A stretch of DNA of 64,000 nt, from the NCBI GenBank assembly GCA_016748015.1, contig JAAOMT010000303.1, positions 248,001-312,000 of the forward strand, in the 5' to 3' direction. Every line of letters starts with the position of its first letter. Within the stretch, counting starts at the first letter, position 1. Positions 37,616-48,871 of the stretch are shown here, piece after piece. The position numbers were made by a program, and so were the translations under genes. The notes beneath the pieces are model-generated. The model saw only the letters and a program-made list of their open reading frames with translations, was not told the origin of the DNA and made no database searches. The stretch is from Geosiphon pyriformis uo1 (Eukaryota > Fungi > Glomeromycota).

Positions 37616-38992
37616 ATGAATACACAAAAATACTAACAGCTTCAACACTATATAAATACCCAACAGTTCAAGGAAAAGTTATCTCAAAAGAAACAAAATA
37701 ACATTAAGCAACAATTAAAATATTTTATCAATTATCAAAATATACTTTACCAGAAGAATAGACAAAATTCAGATCAACCAACCAGAGTAATTACAGAGCC
37801 AGAGAAAGAAACAATACTGTTTAACATGCACTCAGATCCAACAGCAGGACATTTTCACAAAAAAGCAACCATGGAAAGAACCAAAAAAAGATACTATTGG
37901 CCATTAATGTATCCAAACATTATCTAATATGTTCAAAATTGTGATGCTTGTTAAAGAAGAGGAGGAACAAAACCCAGTAAGTCATTAAGACCAATCAAAG
38001 TAGGACAACCATTTGATCATATTGGAATTGATTTAGTCAGACCATTAACAATTACCAGCAGAGGAAATAGATATATTGCAGTAGCCATGGACTAGTTCAC
38101 TAAATGGCCAGAAACAAAAGCAATTTAAAGAGTGGATGCAAAATCTGTTGCCGAATTCATTCATCAAGACTTGATTTGTTGACATAGATGTCCAAAAGAA
38201 TTATTATCAGACCAAAGAACTCACTTTGTGAACAGAACACTAACAGAATTGAGCCAAAGATTCGGAATTAAAAGGCCACTATTATCACTATATCATCCAC
38301 AAACAAATGGTTTAGTTAAAAGATTTAATAGAACATTGTGTGAAGCAATCACCAAACTTAGTCAAGAAAACCAGAACAAATGAGATTTGTTCATACCATC
38401 AGTACTATTTGCTTATTGGACAATGAAGCAAAATACTATACAAGCAACACCATTTGAATTAGTATATGATAGAACAGCAATAATACCAGTTGAGATAGAA
38501 GTCAACACATATCTAATTAAACCAATAACAGAAGAGAATTTTCAGGAAACATTGTTGAAAAAGACATATGACTTAATAGAAACACTGGAAAACAAATGAA
38601 AAAAAGCAGCTAATAATATTCAAAAGTTACAAGAAAAACAGAAAGAAAGACATAATAGTCAACTATCAGACAAACCAGTTGAATTCAAGATTAGAGACAA
38701 AGTACTCTTACATCATACCAAAGCGGAAAAACAATGGAATGGAAAATTTGACCCCAAATGGGACAGACCATTTTACATAAAAGAAATTCTAGGAAATGGA
38801 GCTTATAAATTAAGATTGGACAGCAAAATTTTGACAAAAGCAGCACATGAAGATCGACTGAAACCATACCACAATATAGTGTTACCATTTATTAGTAACA
38901 TTCCACAATTGGAAGTACAGAGACTATTAGTTAGACCAGATGAGATTCCATGAGATTTAGAACCAATCATTGTTATCAACACAAACACATAA
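37616..38992 (+). pseudogene. Integrase ORF, separately initiated
   Basis: ATG at 37616, out of frame with RT-RH. MHSDPTAGHFH, CDAC, HIGIDLV, YHPQTNGLV; 459 codons to TAA. Confidence 0.9.
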
Positions 38993-39053
38993 AAGTGATC
39001 AACCAAAAAGAATATATAAAGACATGGTAGATGCAACAAAAGATATCAGAAAA

Positions 39054-39701
39054 ATGGAGATTACTGATAACATCCACTTACTAGCACAACAACTATTCCA
39101 ACTGATTCAACAACAGAATATAGAAATTACTATCAATCAACAAACCATTTGATACTGAGATACCAGAAAGATATCCAAATATGAAAGTAAAAAAAAAACA
39201 GAAAACACCATCGACAAAATGGTTCTAAAAATAAAATTAGCAATTAAGGAACCAACAAGTGTTACCACATATTAAGAGTTGACCAAAGAAACATAAAAAT
39301 AGTGGATACACGAATTTCCAAGAAACTTCTGTTACTTTCACTTGGGATGACACTTGAATATTCAAAACTTATACATGGATAAAACAAAACAATTATTCAA
39401 CACAGCAATACTGCAACAACTAGAACAATTTGTGGGAAAGAACAATCTGACCACACAAGCAAGAGCCATCTATTGGCTACATATGGGATTTCAAAACAGA
39501 CTGGAAATCTTACTCAATCTGGAATTGGACTTCATTACAATTAACCAAATAGAAAAAATGACCAACACCCAATTTGAAGAATTGCAGAACCAGATAACTC
39601 AAATAATTCTTGAAAGAGAAGTTCAAGAAATACTCAATGACAAAGAATTAGAGTTAGGAGATTTAAGAGATTTGAGAAATTTTGATGGAGCTCAATATTA
39701 A
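39054..39701 (+). pseudogene. Third ORF (unknown function) between integrase and PPT
   Basis: ORF-track fragments 38970-39152 and 39354-39701 are in frame: MEITDNIHLLAQQLFQ...RNFDGAQY*. Confidence 0.8.
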
Positions 39702-39715
39702 AAAAAAGGAAATAA

Positions 39716-40593
39716 TGTTACTCTAGAATATAAAAAATATATTAGCACATGAAATAGCCAATCAGAAGTAGCCATAGTAAATATGGAATCCCAGAATTCC
39801 TCTCAAAAAGAATTGCAGGATTCCAGGAATTTCAGGATTTTCTGTGTGAGAAATCGCAGGATTCTAGAATTCCAGGATTCCTCTCAAAAGGAATTGTAGA
39901 ATTCCAGGAATTCCAGGACTCTTGAGGTGAAGAATTGAGGAATTAAGAAATCTCAATTATGTATATATAGCAGTAGTATTAGAAGTAGAAAAGGCAGAAT
40001 CTTCAGTTAAAAAACCTCTACATTTAGATTTTATTTAAGCAACTTTCCAAATCACAAATATTAATAAATAATTATTTACTATCTCAATCCACTCTTTACT
40101 ATCAACACTTCATGTTGATAATAATTAATACTTAACCACACTGGAACAATAGTTCTTGATCATGGCTATTGACGGAATACTAACTTGCAATTGCTTTTTG
40201 TTATTTTCTTTAATTTCTTTTTTTTTCTTTTATTTTTTTTGTTATTTCTTTGGGTTTTGCTAAAAAATTGATTAAGAATTAAGCACTGAGATACAGACGT
40301 CATAGAGACTAGTAAAAGACCCATGAAAAAAAGGATAGAACACTCATAGATTTGAGAATAGCTTACCAGGAGGATTACTGGCCACCATGCTGAAAAAAAA
40401 ATTTGACAAAACTGCAGTTTCAGGAAGCTACGGATAAAACCATTAATTAAATCTCTGTTCATTATACAAAAAACTCAACTTGAAAGTCTTTAGATACAAT
40501 CAACGTACCAGTGTCACCAGCCTTGTCAAAATATTGAGCACCAAGTTATGGATTTGTTATTTGATTTGAGACCCCAAATAATTATCAGTAACA
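39716..40593 (+). repeat. 3' LTR
   Basis: TGTTA...TAACA followed by ATGC. Confidence 0.95.
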
Positions 40594-40667
40594 ATGCATA
40601 AATAAATAAAAAATAAAAAACCATTTTATGAAAAAAAAACTGAACCTTAAAACAACAAATCTTATAT

Positions 40668-43600
40668 AGTTACCCAAGTAGAAAAACCAATCCAAAAGCT
40701 ATTGAAAAAACGTAATTAAAACATAATTAAAATATAATAATATAAAAAAACATAATAACACAAAATAATATATAATAATACATAATAATTTAAGATAATA
40801 CAAAATAATATGAAATAACACAAAATAACTAGTCATAATATAAAATAATTATTTATAGCATAAAAAACAAAGCAATAATTAATAATAACAAATAATTAAA
40901 AACAATTTTATAAAATTAGAAAATATGTATAAAAACAAATAGTTTTAGCAAATAAAAAAAAACAAACAAAAGCCAAGAACTTATTTTCTTAAAAATATTT
41001 TATCTTTAACTTGATAAAACTTTTTTATCTTATTTTTTTTATATTTTTATATTTATTATTTAATAAAATATTATTTAATCTACTTGTATATAATACTAAA
41101 ATTTGTGTTATTAAAATCAAATTAATTGTTTCTTTTATTCTTGTTTTAGACCAAATGCTATTAACATAAAACAGCTTTGAAATTCTAACAACTTAAACCA
41201 ATTGTTCTTAATTACAACAATTGATAATATTAAAATTTTTTTTTTCTTATTTTTTTTTTCAATTTTTTTTCTTAATTTTTTTTCTTTCTTTTGATAAAGC
41301 AGCAACATTAAAAAAATTGACTGTCTGAGAATAAACTTTATAATAGCCTAGTAAAAAAAGAAAGCTTTTAAGTTTGAATATTTATTTTATCTTATTAGCT
41401 TATTAAAAGAGTAAAAAAATTAACATTAGATCTTAACAATTGTGTTTAATTAGCTTAAAAAAAATAGCTTATATATATTAAACTGCAAACAAACAAACCA
41501 TATTTTTGTGCCTTATAACCAAAGAACTCCATATGTAAATTTATATCTATTAAAAATTTTTAAAAACTAATAACTCTAATCTGTCTTTTATATCAAACAA
41601 AAAAAGCTTCTTAAGCTTTCTTATCCAAATATAAAGCATCAAACATTATTATTATATTTTATTAAGTTTACCTATAATATTTAGTGCTTTTTATAAAATT
41701 ATAAATCTACAAAAACAAAATACTTCAGAAATTTACAAAAGTAATAACTATTGAGACTATAAAAAAAAATTATTTGCTATTTAGAAAAGTATTATATTAC
41801 TATTTTAGAAAAAACTTAAAAATACCAATAGAAACTGTTACTATTGAAAGTAATTTTATTTATTATGTACATATTAAAATTAACTATCTGTTAGATTAAA
41901 TAACAGATATAGTGTTATTTATAAAAATTAAAAATTATAATAATAAATAAAATAACCAATCAAAAATAGGCATAGTAAAAGAAAAAATTCAGAATTTTTT
42001 TTGAGAAATTGCAGTATTCCAGAATTCTAGGATTTTTCTTAAGAAATTTCAGGATTCCAGAATTCCAGAATTTTTCTTAAAGAATTACAGGATTTCAAAA
42101 AATCTTATATAACACAAATTATATATATATAACAAAAGTATTAGAAGCAAAAAAGCATTTATTTGACTCAAACAGAACAATAGTTAGCAATAATTACTTA
42201 TTTTATATTTCTCTTTTTAAAAAATAGTTTTTTATGACTTAAAATAGAAACCCATCAAAATTAATAAAATATATAATTATCATCTAATTTATATTATTAT
42301 TGCTTGATTAAGAATACTAAATTATTTTTCTATTATTAACAATTCATGTTAATAGAATTCAATACTTAACTATATTAAACCAATAGCTCTTGATTATAGC
42401 TATTAATGAAATACTAATTTTTTATTTTTTTTATTTTTTTATTTTGCTTATTTGTAATTAATTAAAGAAATTAAGTACTAAGTATTTAATATCAAAAATA
42501 GTCTGGTAAAAGACCTGAAAACAAGAGTAGAAATTTAAAAATAACTTACCAGAAAGACACAACTAACAGAATAAATTGGCTACCATGCTAAAGAAAAAAA
42601 TTTACAAAAGAAACCATTAATTGAATTTCTGTTCATTATACAAAGAACTCAATCAAAATTTTTAGACTCCAAAACCTTCAAAAATTATCAACATTTTCAG
42701 CTATTAAGTACTAAGTTACAAGTTTGTTATTTGTTTTAACATTCCAAATAATTATTTATAACAATAAAAAAACTTAAAAAGCAAATTTACCAAAAATTAT
42801 TGGCCTATTTTACTTCATTTATTATAAGAATCATAGCTAAAATATTTTTTTTAGTTGACAAAAAAATTAAAGTATATACCCAAAAGCAGTATTCTTAATT
42901 AAAAGAAAAACAAACATTAAAATTTAACTTTAAAAAATTTAAGTTTAACTTTAATAATAATTCACAAATTATACAAAAATAAATTTTACTTATAATTAAT
43001 AAAAAATTGATATTTATTTTACCAACAATTTCCTTATATTATTAGACCTTAAAAAGCAGAATCTTACTCAATCAATTTACTAAATCACAATTAAAAACTT
43101 TGAAAACTCTTGAAAATCTGTATTCTTAGAACTTTAACTAAAACTTTTAAACTAAATCCTTAAAAAAATACAGATTTTTTTTTAAAAATCTTACTCCAAC
43201 AATAAATAACTTAAACAAAAGCACTTTCTCACAAACATTATTCTTAATCCAATTACTAATTAAATTAACAACTATTTTCTTAAGAAGAATATTTATATTG
43301 TAAACTATTAAAACAATTAATAAAAGAAAACAACTAGTTTTAAGATTAACAAACAACCAAACATACTTCTGTTGATATTTTTTTTATTTATACTTAAACA
43401 AATTTTTATTACTTAAATTATGAGTTACAAAGATATTGCTAGACTGAAAAAAATTTTTGAAAAAAAAATAATACATATACATAGATTACAAAAGCTAAAA
43501 AAGTAATTAGAGCCAATAATTGAAATAAAACCAAAACAATTTAAGTCTTATTCTTCTTTTTAACTAAAATTACAAACTCATAATACTAAAATCTTTATGA

Positions 43601-43692
43601 GAAACCAACTAATTTTGATCTTTAAACTTGTCTTTTTACAGTATTTTTATAACTCAAATATGCTTGTTAACTATAAAATTAATTTAACATAA
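40668..43692 (+). mobile_element. Eroded 5' part of a family C Gypsy: LTR 40668-41679, PBS ~41682, gag
   Basis: The LTR is homologous to 24900-25899. TAGTGCTTTTTATAAA is a transition-eroded PBS. Gag relics (MSYKDIARLKK..., KVIRANN) lie at ~43420-43670. Confidence 0.8.
41913..42763 (+). repeat. Solo LTR (family B-related) inserted in family C gag
   Basis: TGTTA...TAACA with flanks ATAG/ATAA; GAATTCCAG array. Confidence 0.88.
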
Positions 43693-44700
43693 TATTATAA
43701 GTTAAAGTAATAAGTTAATAGATAGCAAAAGAAAACAGAATTATAGAGTAATAAAATTAATTAAAGAGAATTCAATTTTAAGAAGCAAATTAAATAAGTA
43801 TGAATTCAATATGCAAGATTAATTTTATAAAATATTTTAATTACTATTTTTTTTAAAAGATAACCAAAGAATCTAAAGATAGAAAAATAGTTTATACTGT
43901 TAATAAATAATAATACATTAATATAATTTTATGTTTTATATTAGTGCTCTTTGAATTTAATATCAGATATAAGATATACTTTTCAATCATGTTTTATTTA
44001 ATAATCTTTAAATATTACAATTATACAAGTTAAGAAAAAAGTAGATAAATGCTAACAAATAATTTTTTATTCCAAAATATTTAAATACTAAAAGATAAGA
44101 AAAAGAGAATAAGTTATAAGAAAAAAATTAAGATAATAGTTGTTATTTTATTTATTTTTGATCAATTATTATATACTTTTCTATAACTAAAAGACTCATC
44201 ACTTATATAGTTATTAAAAATAGTTAATAATTAGTTTAATAATCAGATTATTAGTCAGATTATTGATTAGATCAATAATTTTATCTAAAAATAAAGTGGC
44301 TAATTATATAACATTAATAACTAATATATATAATAACTAATAAAAACTGTGGTTTTTAATCATAATATTATCTTTTTTAAAGAGATAAGCTTTGGCAAAA
44401 TCAAGTTATTTATAAGATAATTTAAGTGAAAAGTTTTGTTTAATTTAAAACTAATTAGTTTGTTGAAGTTTTTTGTAAATAAGATATATAATATTTGAGA
44501 TAAAATAAATATTGTGTTCAAAAAACCAAATTTTTGTATAAAAGTCTTGGCTCTTTTGGTAATAGTCAAACCTTTTGGGATATTTAATCATATAATGTCC
44601 AAAATTTCTATTTTTATTTCTAAAGTTGTTTTTTTATAAGTTTTATGTCTTCTATAATTTTATCAAAATGACTATAGAATTCTAATTGTCTTTTATATAA
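43693..44700 (-). mobile_element. 3' LTR (43693-44367), PPT and internal 3' remnant of a family A element
   Basis: Eroded homologue of LTR 5764-6396, with a minus-strand purine tract (AAAAAAGATAA) directly upstream of the LTR. The internal boundary is approximate. Confidence 0.7.
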
Positions 44701-45420
44701 CAAGTTTTTGTTTATAAATAAGATTTTTTTAATTGTTTTTCTAATTGTGATGAAAAATAATAATATGTTTGCTATTATGCTTTTAAGCATATATTTATCT
44801 ATGGATTTTTTTTTAGCATAATAGCCAGTTTATTTTAATAATTATGTTTTTCTGATAAGTTATTCTTAAATTTTTACTCTTATTCTTGAGTTTTTTACCA
44901 AGCTATTCTTAATGTCAATTACTCAGTGCTTAATTTTTTAATCAATTAGTAAACAACAAAAAAATAAAATAAAATAAAATAAAATAAAAATAAAAAATTA
45001 GTATTTTGTCAATAATTATAATTAAAAATTATTGGTTCAGTATAGTTAAATATTAAATTCTATTAACATAAAGTGTTAATAATATGAAATGGATTAATAT
45101 TTTTTTAATTAAGTAATAATAGCATAAATTTAAGTAATAATAAATGTTTTATTAATATAAGTATAATTCTATTTCAAGTTATAGAAAACTATTTTTTAAA
45201 GAGAAAAATATTGTTGTTTTGAATTAAATTGTCTTTTTTGTTTTTAATACTCTTATTATATATATATAATTCATGTTATATGAGATTTTTAATTTTTTTG
45301 CAAAAAATTCTGAAATTCTGCAATTTTTCGAGAAAAATTCTGGAATTTTTTTATTATTATACTTATTTCTAATTGGCTATTTTATCTACTTATTATAATT
45401 CTTAATTTCTATAAGTAACA
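44700..45420 (-). repeat. LTR of family B-related type, reverse orientation, U5 end unclear
   Basis: Reverse-complement match to 41913-42763 modules; ends TAACA at 45420. Confidence 0.75.
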
Positions 45421-46205
45421 ATGTTTTCTAAAGTTTTGTTTTTTTTAACTGGTATGTTTAAGAACTTTGTTAATTTTAAAACTAATATTGAATTTAATAA
45501 TATGGATAATAATAATTTAAATATTATTAAAGCTTGTATATTAAATAAAAAAACATGTAATTATATGTTTATTTTATAATAAATGTGTAATTTTGAAGTT
45601 AAAAATAGTATTAAAAAAACTAGATTGTTTTTAAGTGAGTTTATTTTTGATTCTAAAAATTTAAATAATATTATTAAAAGATTTAATAAGCAAAATTTAT
45701 TTCTAGCTTTTTCTAATTTAATTTAATTAGTACTTTAACTAATTTAAATAATTAATTATATATAAAAAATACATAATTAAAATTTAATTTAAATTATTTA
45801 ATTTGGTATATTATATTAGATAGTTTTTAAATACACTTTATTAAAACATTAAAATATATATATATATAATTATATAAGATTATTTTTAGAACTAATATAA
45901 ATAAATTTGATTTTATATATAATAATAGTTTAATATTTTTGTAAATTATTAACTGTTTTATTAATTAATATAATCTAATTATTTAATTTAGTTAAAACTT
46001 TTAATGTAAGTTTTAATTTGTATAAATTTTGTTTGTTTTATTTAAGTTTAAATAATAAAATTATAATAAAAATAAATATATTATATAGTCTTAATTAATC
46101 TAAGTAGCTATATATATATATAATAAAAATATAAATTATGTTTAATTTAAAATACATAATTATTGTATTATATTAGATAGCAATTGAATATTACTTAATT
46201 AAAAT
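45421..46205 (+). mobile_element. Highly eroded LINE 3' end
   Basis: CTAAGTAGCTA...TAGATAGCAATTG matches the 3' UTRs at 30280-30395 and 53526-53640. Confidence 0.6.
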
Positions 46206-47027
46206 ATTAATTATATAGTTTTATATTTATTTTAGTAAAAATATATTAATAAGTAAAAATAAATTTATGTAAATTTAAAACAAATTTATAATTACAAATA
46301 TTAATAATTTTAAAAATTATATATAATTTTAAAAAAAACAATAAATAATTTTATTAAAAACACAATACAAATTTTTTTTAAATTTATATTATTATTTAAT
46401 ATTAAAACATTTTAAAAATACAGATTTGAATTTAACTTATCAATTTTTTTATTATTTAAATTATTACAATTTTATTAAACTTTAAATTAATAAATAATTA
46501 AAAAACAATTAACAAAAAAACAAAAAATTAAAAAAAGTATAAAAAATACAAATTTAAATTTAGTAATAATTTTTAAAATAATTAAATAATTTATAATTTA
46601 TTATATTAAACTTATTAATTTAAATCTTATTAAACTAGTATTTAAAGTATTAATTTTAATAACTCTAATAAACTTATTAATAATTTTGATTATTAAAACC
46701 TATATTTTATTTATAATTTTAATAATATTTATATTTATTATAAAATTAAAAAAATTTACTAAAAAAAACTATATAAAAAAGCAATATAAGTAATCTTATA
46801 CTTTTTTTAAAACATAATCAATTTATAATATTAAAAAGCCAGCAAATTTTATTGTATTTAAAACCATTTAAAAAAAAACTTCTTTCTTTCTTTTGTTCAA
46901 ATTTTTTAAAAAGCAATTTTTTAAAAAAGAAGTTTTTTTGTTTTATCTTTCTGATTTTATTTTTCTCAATATTTCTTAAGCTAATAATTTTTTTGTGATA
47001 GACTTAGAGACTGCTTTGAATAGCAGT

Positions 47028-48871
47028 ATGTCTAAAAAGAAGACTCCTAAAAGTGTTCTTTATAATCTTGTTGATAGTACTTTCTCTTAAAAAAAAAAGA
47101 TTTCTGTTGACAATATAAAGCATTCTGATAATAAAAAAGAAATTTCTCTGGTTAAATCTGGTGTTAATAAAGACATATATTCAGATATGAAGAGCAAGTT
47201 CAATGACAGTAAAATTGGTAGTTTTGTAATGAGCTTAAGTAGTGGTTTTCTTTTTGGCTTAGCTGTATTAACCTCCAAAGCTAAAAAAACAATACTGGTT
47301 TAATTGATGGTTTTCTTGTTGGTATTATCAACTTTGAAATAAATAAAAATATGGATTTTCTCTTTTTTTTTCTCAATATTTCTCTTGACAAAAAGTGGGT
47401 TAATTCCAAAATAGTAAAAATTTAAGTTAAAGTATCAGTTAAAAAATTCTATGCTTTGAACATTAATTTCTTAACTGTAAAAAGAAAATTGACAATAGTG
47501 AAGACTCAATTCATTAGAAATTTTTTTTCATCTGTCATTGATTTTGGGAGAATCATTATTCCCTTAAAATTTGAAGAGATCATTTGATTGATATTTACTT
47601 TAAAGAAAAGCATAGAGAAAGCCACATTATTGGCTAAAAAAAGGAGGATTATTGTAAACATTAATCTTAAAAAACAAGAAATTCATTTAAATTGGACTAT
47701 AGTAATTAAAAAAATTCTCATAAATATGTCTAAAAAAATAATTATTACTGCAGTTGCCAAGTTTGGTCAGATTGTGTCAATCAAGATTCAACTAATTAAA
47801 ATGTGACAAAAGACTGGTAGAATTTGCCAAATTGAGTCAGACTAATCTGTTGGCTGTGAGATAGTTATTCTTAATCAAGAAAGATTCTGTGTATATAGCC
47901 AAAACCATAAGAGATCATAATATCTGAACATCAAGAAATTGGTTTAAGGCATTTTTGTTTACTTTGCTGGTAAAAACAATTGCACATAATCTTGGAATGC
48001 TTTTGGAAAAGGCTGGTAGAAAAACATGTATTATTAATTGATTATTTGAAACTGGTAATAGAATCTATTGTACTGTAATTGGTTTTAATATTAAAAATGA
48101 TCTGAAATTTGTTTTTTATATAAAGCCAATTCTTGGTGGTGTAAAACTATTATGGGCTAGAATAAATTTGGTTTGGTGTGAGAAATATGAATGTTTTGGA
48201 CATTTAGCTTTTGAGTGTAATATATTAAATACATTAGTTATGTCTCTTTCTAAGTTTTATAAAAAGTTTGTTTTAAAGAAAAACTGTTTTTAGCTTGCAA
48301 AGTTGTATACAAAAAAAAGTGTTCCAATTTCCCAACTTGCTGTCTTTGGTGGCAAATCTTGGGCACATGTGGTCTTTTTTGATTCTTTTTTTAGTGATTC
48401 TTATTTCCATTCTGGTTTTGGTTTTTTTCTTTTAATGCTGTATATAATAAAAAAAGCACACTAGTTGTTCAAGATGACTTCTCAATTGATGATTATTTGG
48501 TTTTCTTGGAATATTTCTTGAAGCTCTTAGCTAATCAGATATCAAGTATTATAAGAAAGCTGAACATAATTGATCTGATGTTTCTGGCATCTATTTTCCA
48601 ACTTTTTTTTCTTACTGTAATTGTGCTTCTGAGTTTGAATTCAAATTCAAACATAATTTTAAATATTTTACAAGTGTCTCTTACTATCTCTCTTTCAGTT
48701 GCATTGGATATGACTTTGGCTTTTGATTTGAGTAATTCAAAGATCCTTATCACTAAGATAAGCAGTTTAGAATCAAAATTGGTGGCTCTTAAGATCTTTG
48801 TTGATTCTGTTTTGTTGAAGTTAGATTATTTGTATGCTAATTCAGGTTTTTTGGCACATTTTTTTTCTTAA
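47028..48871 (+). pseudogene. LINE 2 ORF1
   Basis: Homologous to LINE 1 ORF1 (KFGQIVSIKIQLI; KISSLESKLVAL). Start approximate. Confidence 0.78.

Larger units (their letters stand above)
30404..40593 (+). mobile_element. Full-length Ty3/Gypsy LTR retrotransposon, family B subfamily 2, dUTPase-bearing, degenerate; inserted in LINE 1 tail
   Basis: LTRs 30404-31274 and 39716-40593, TSD ATGC, PBS at 31277, PPT ~39700-39712, full domain set. Confidence 0.97.

Noticed and set aside
41885-41909. Hairpin TATCTGTTA..TAACAGATA next to a solo LTR
   Set aside because: A single occurrence within eroded gag sequence; expected by chance in AT-rich DNA.
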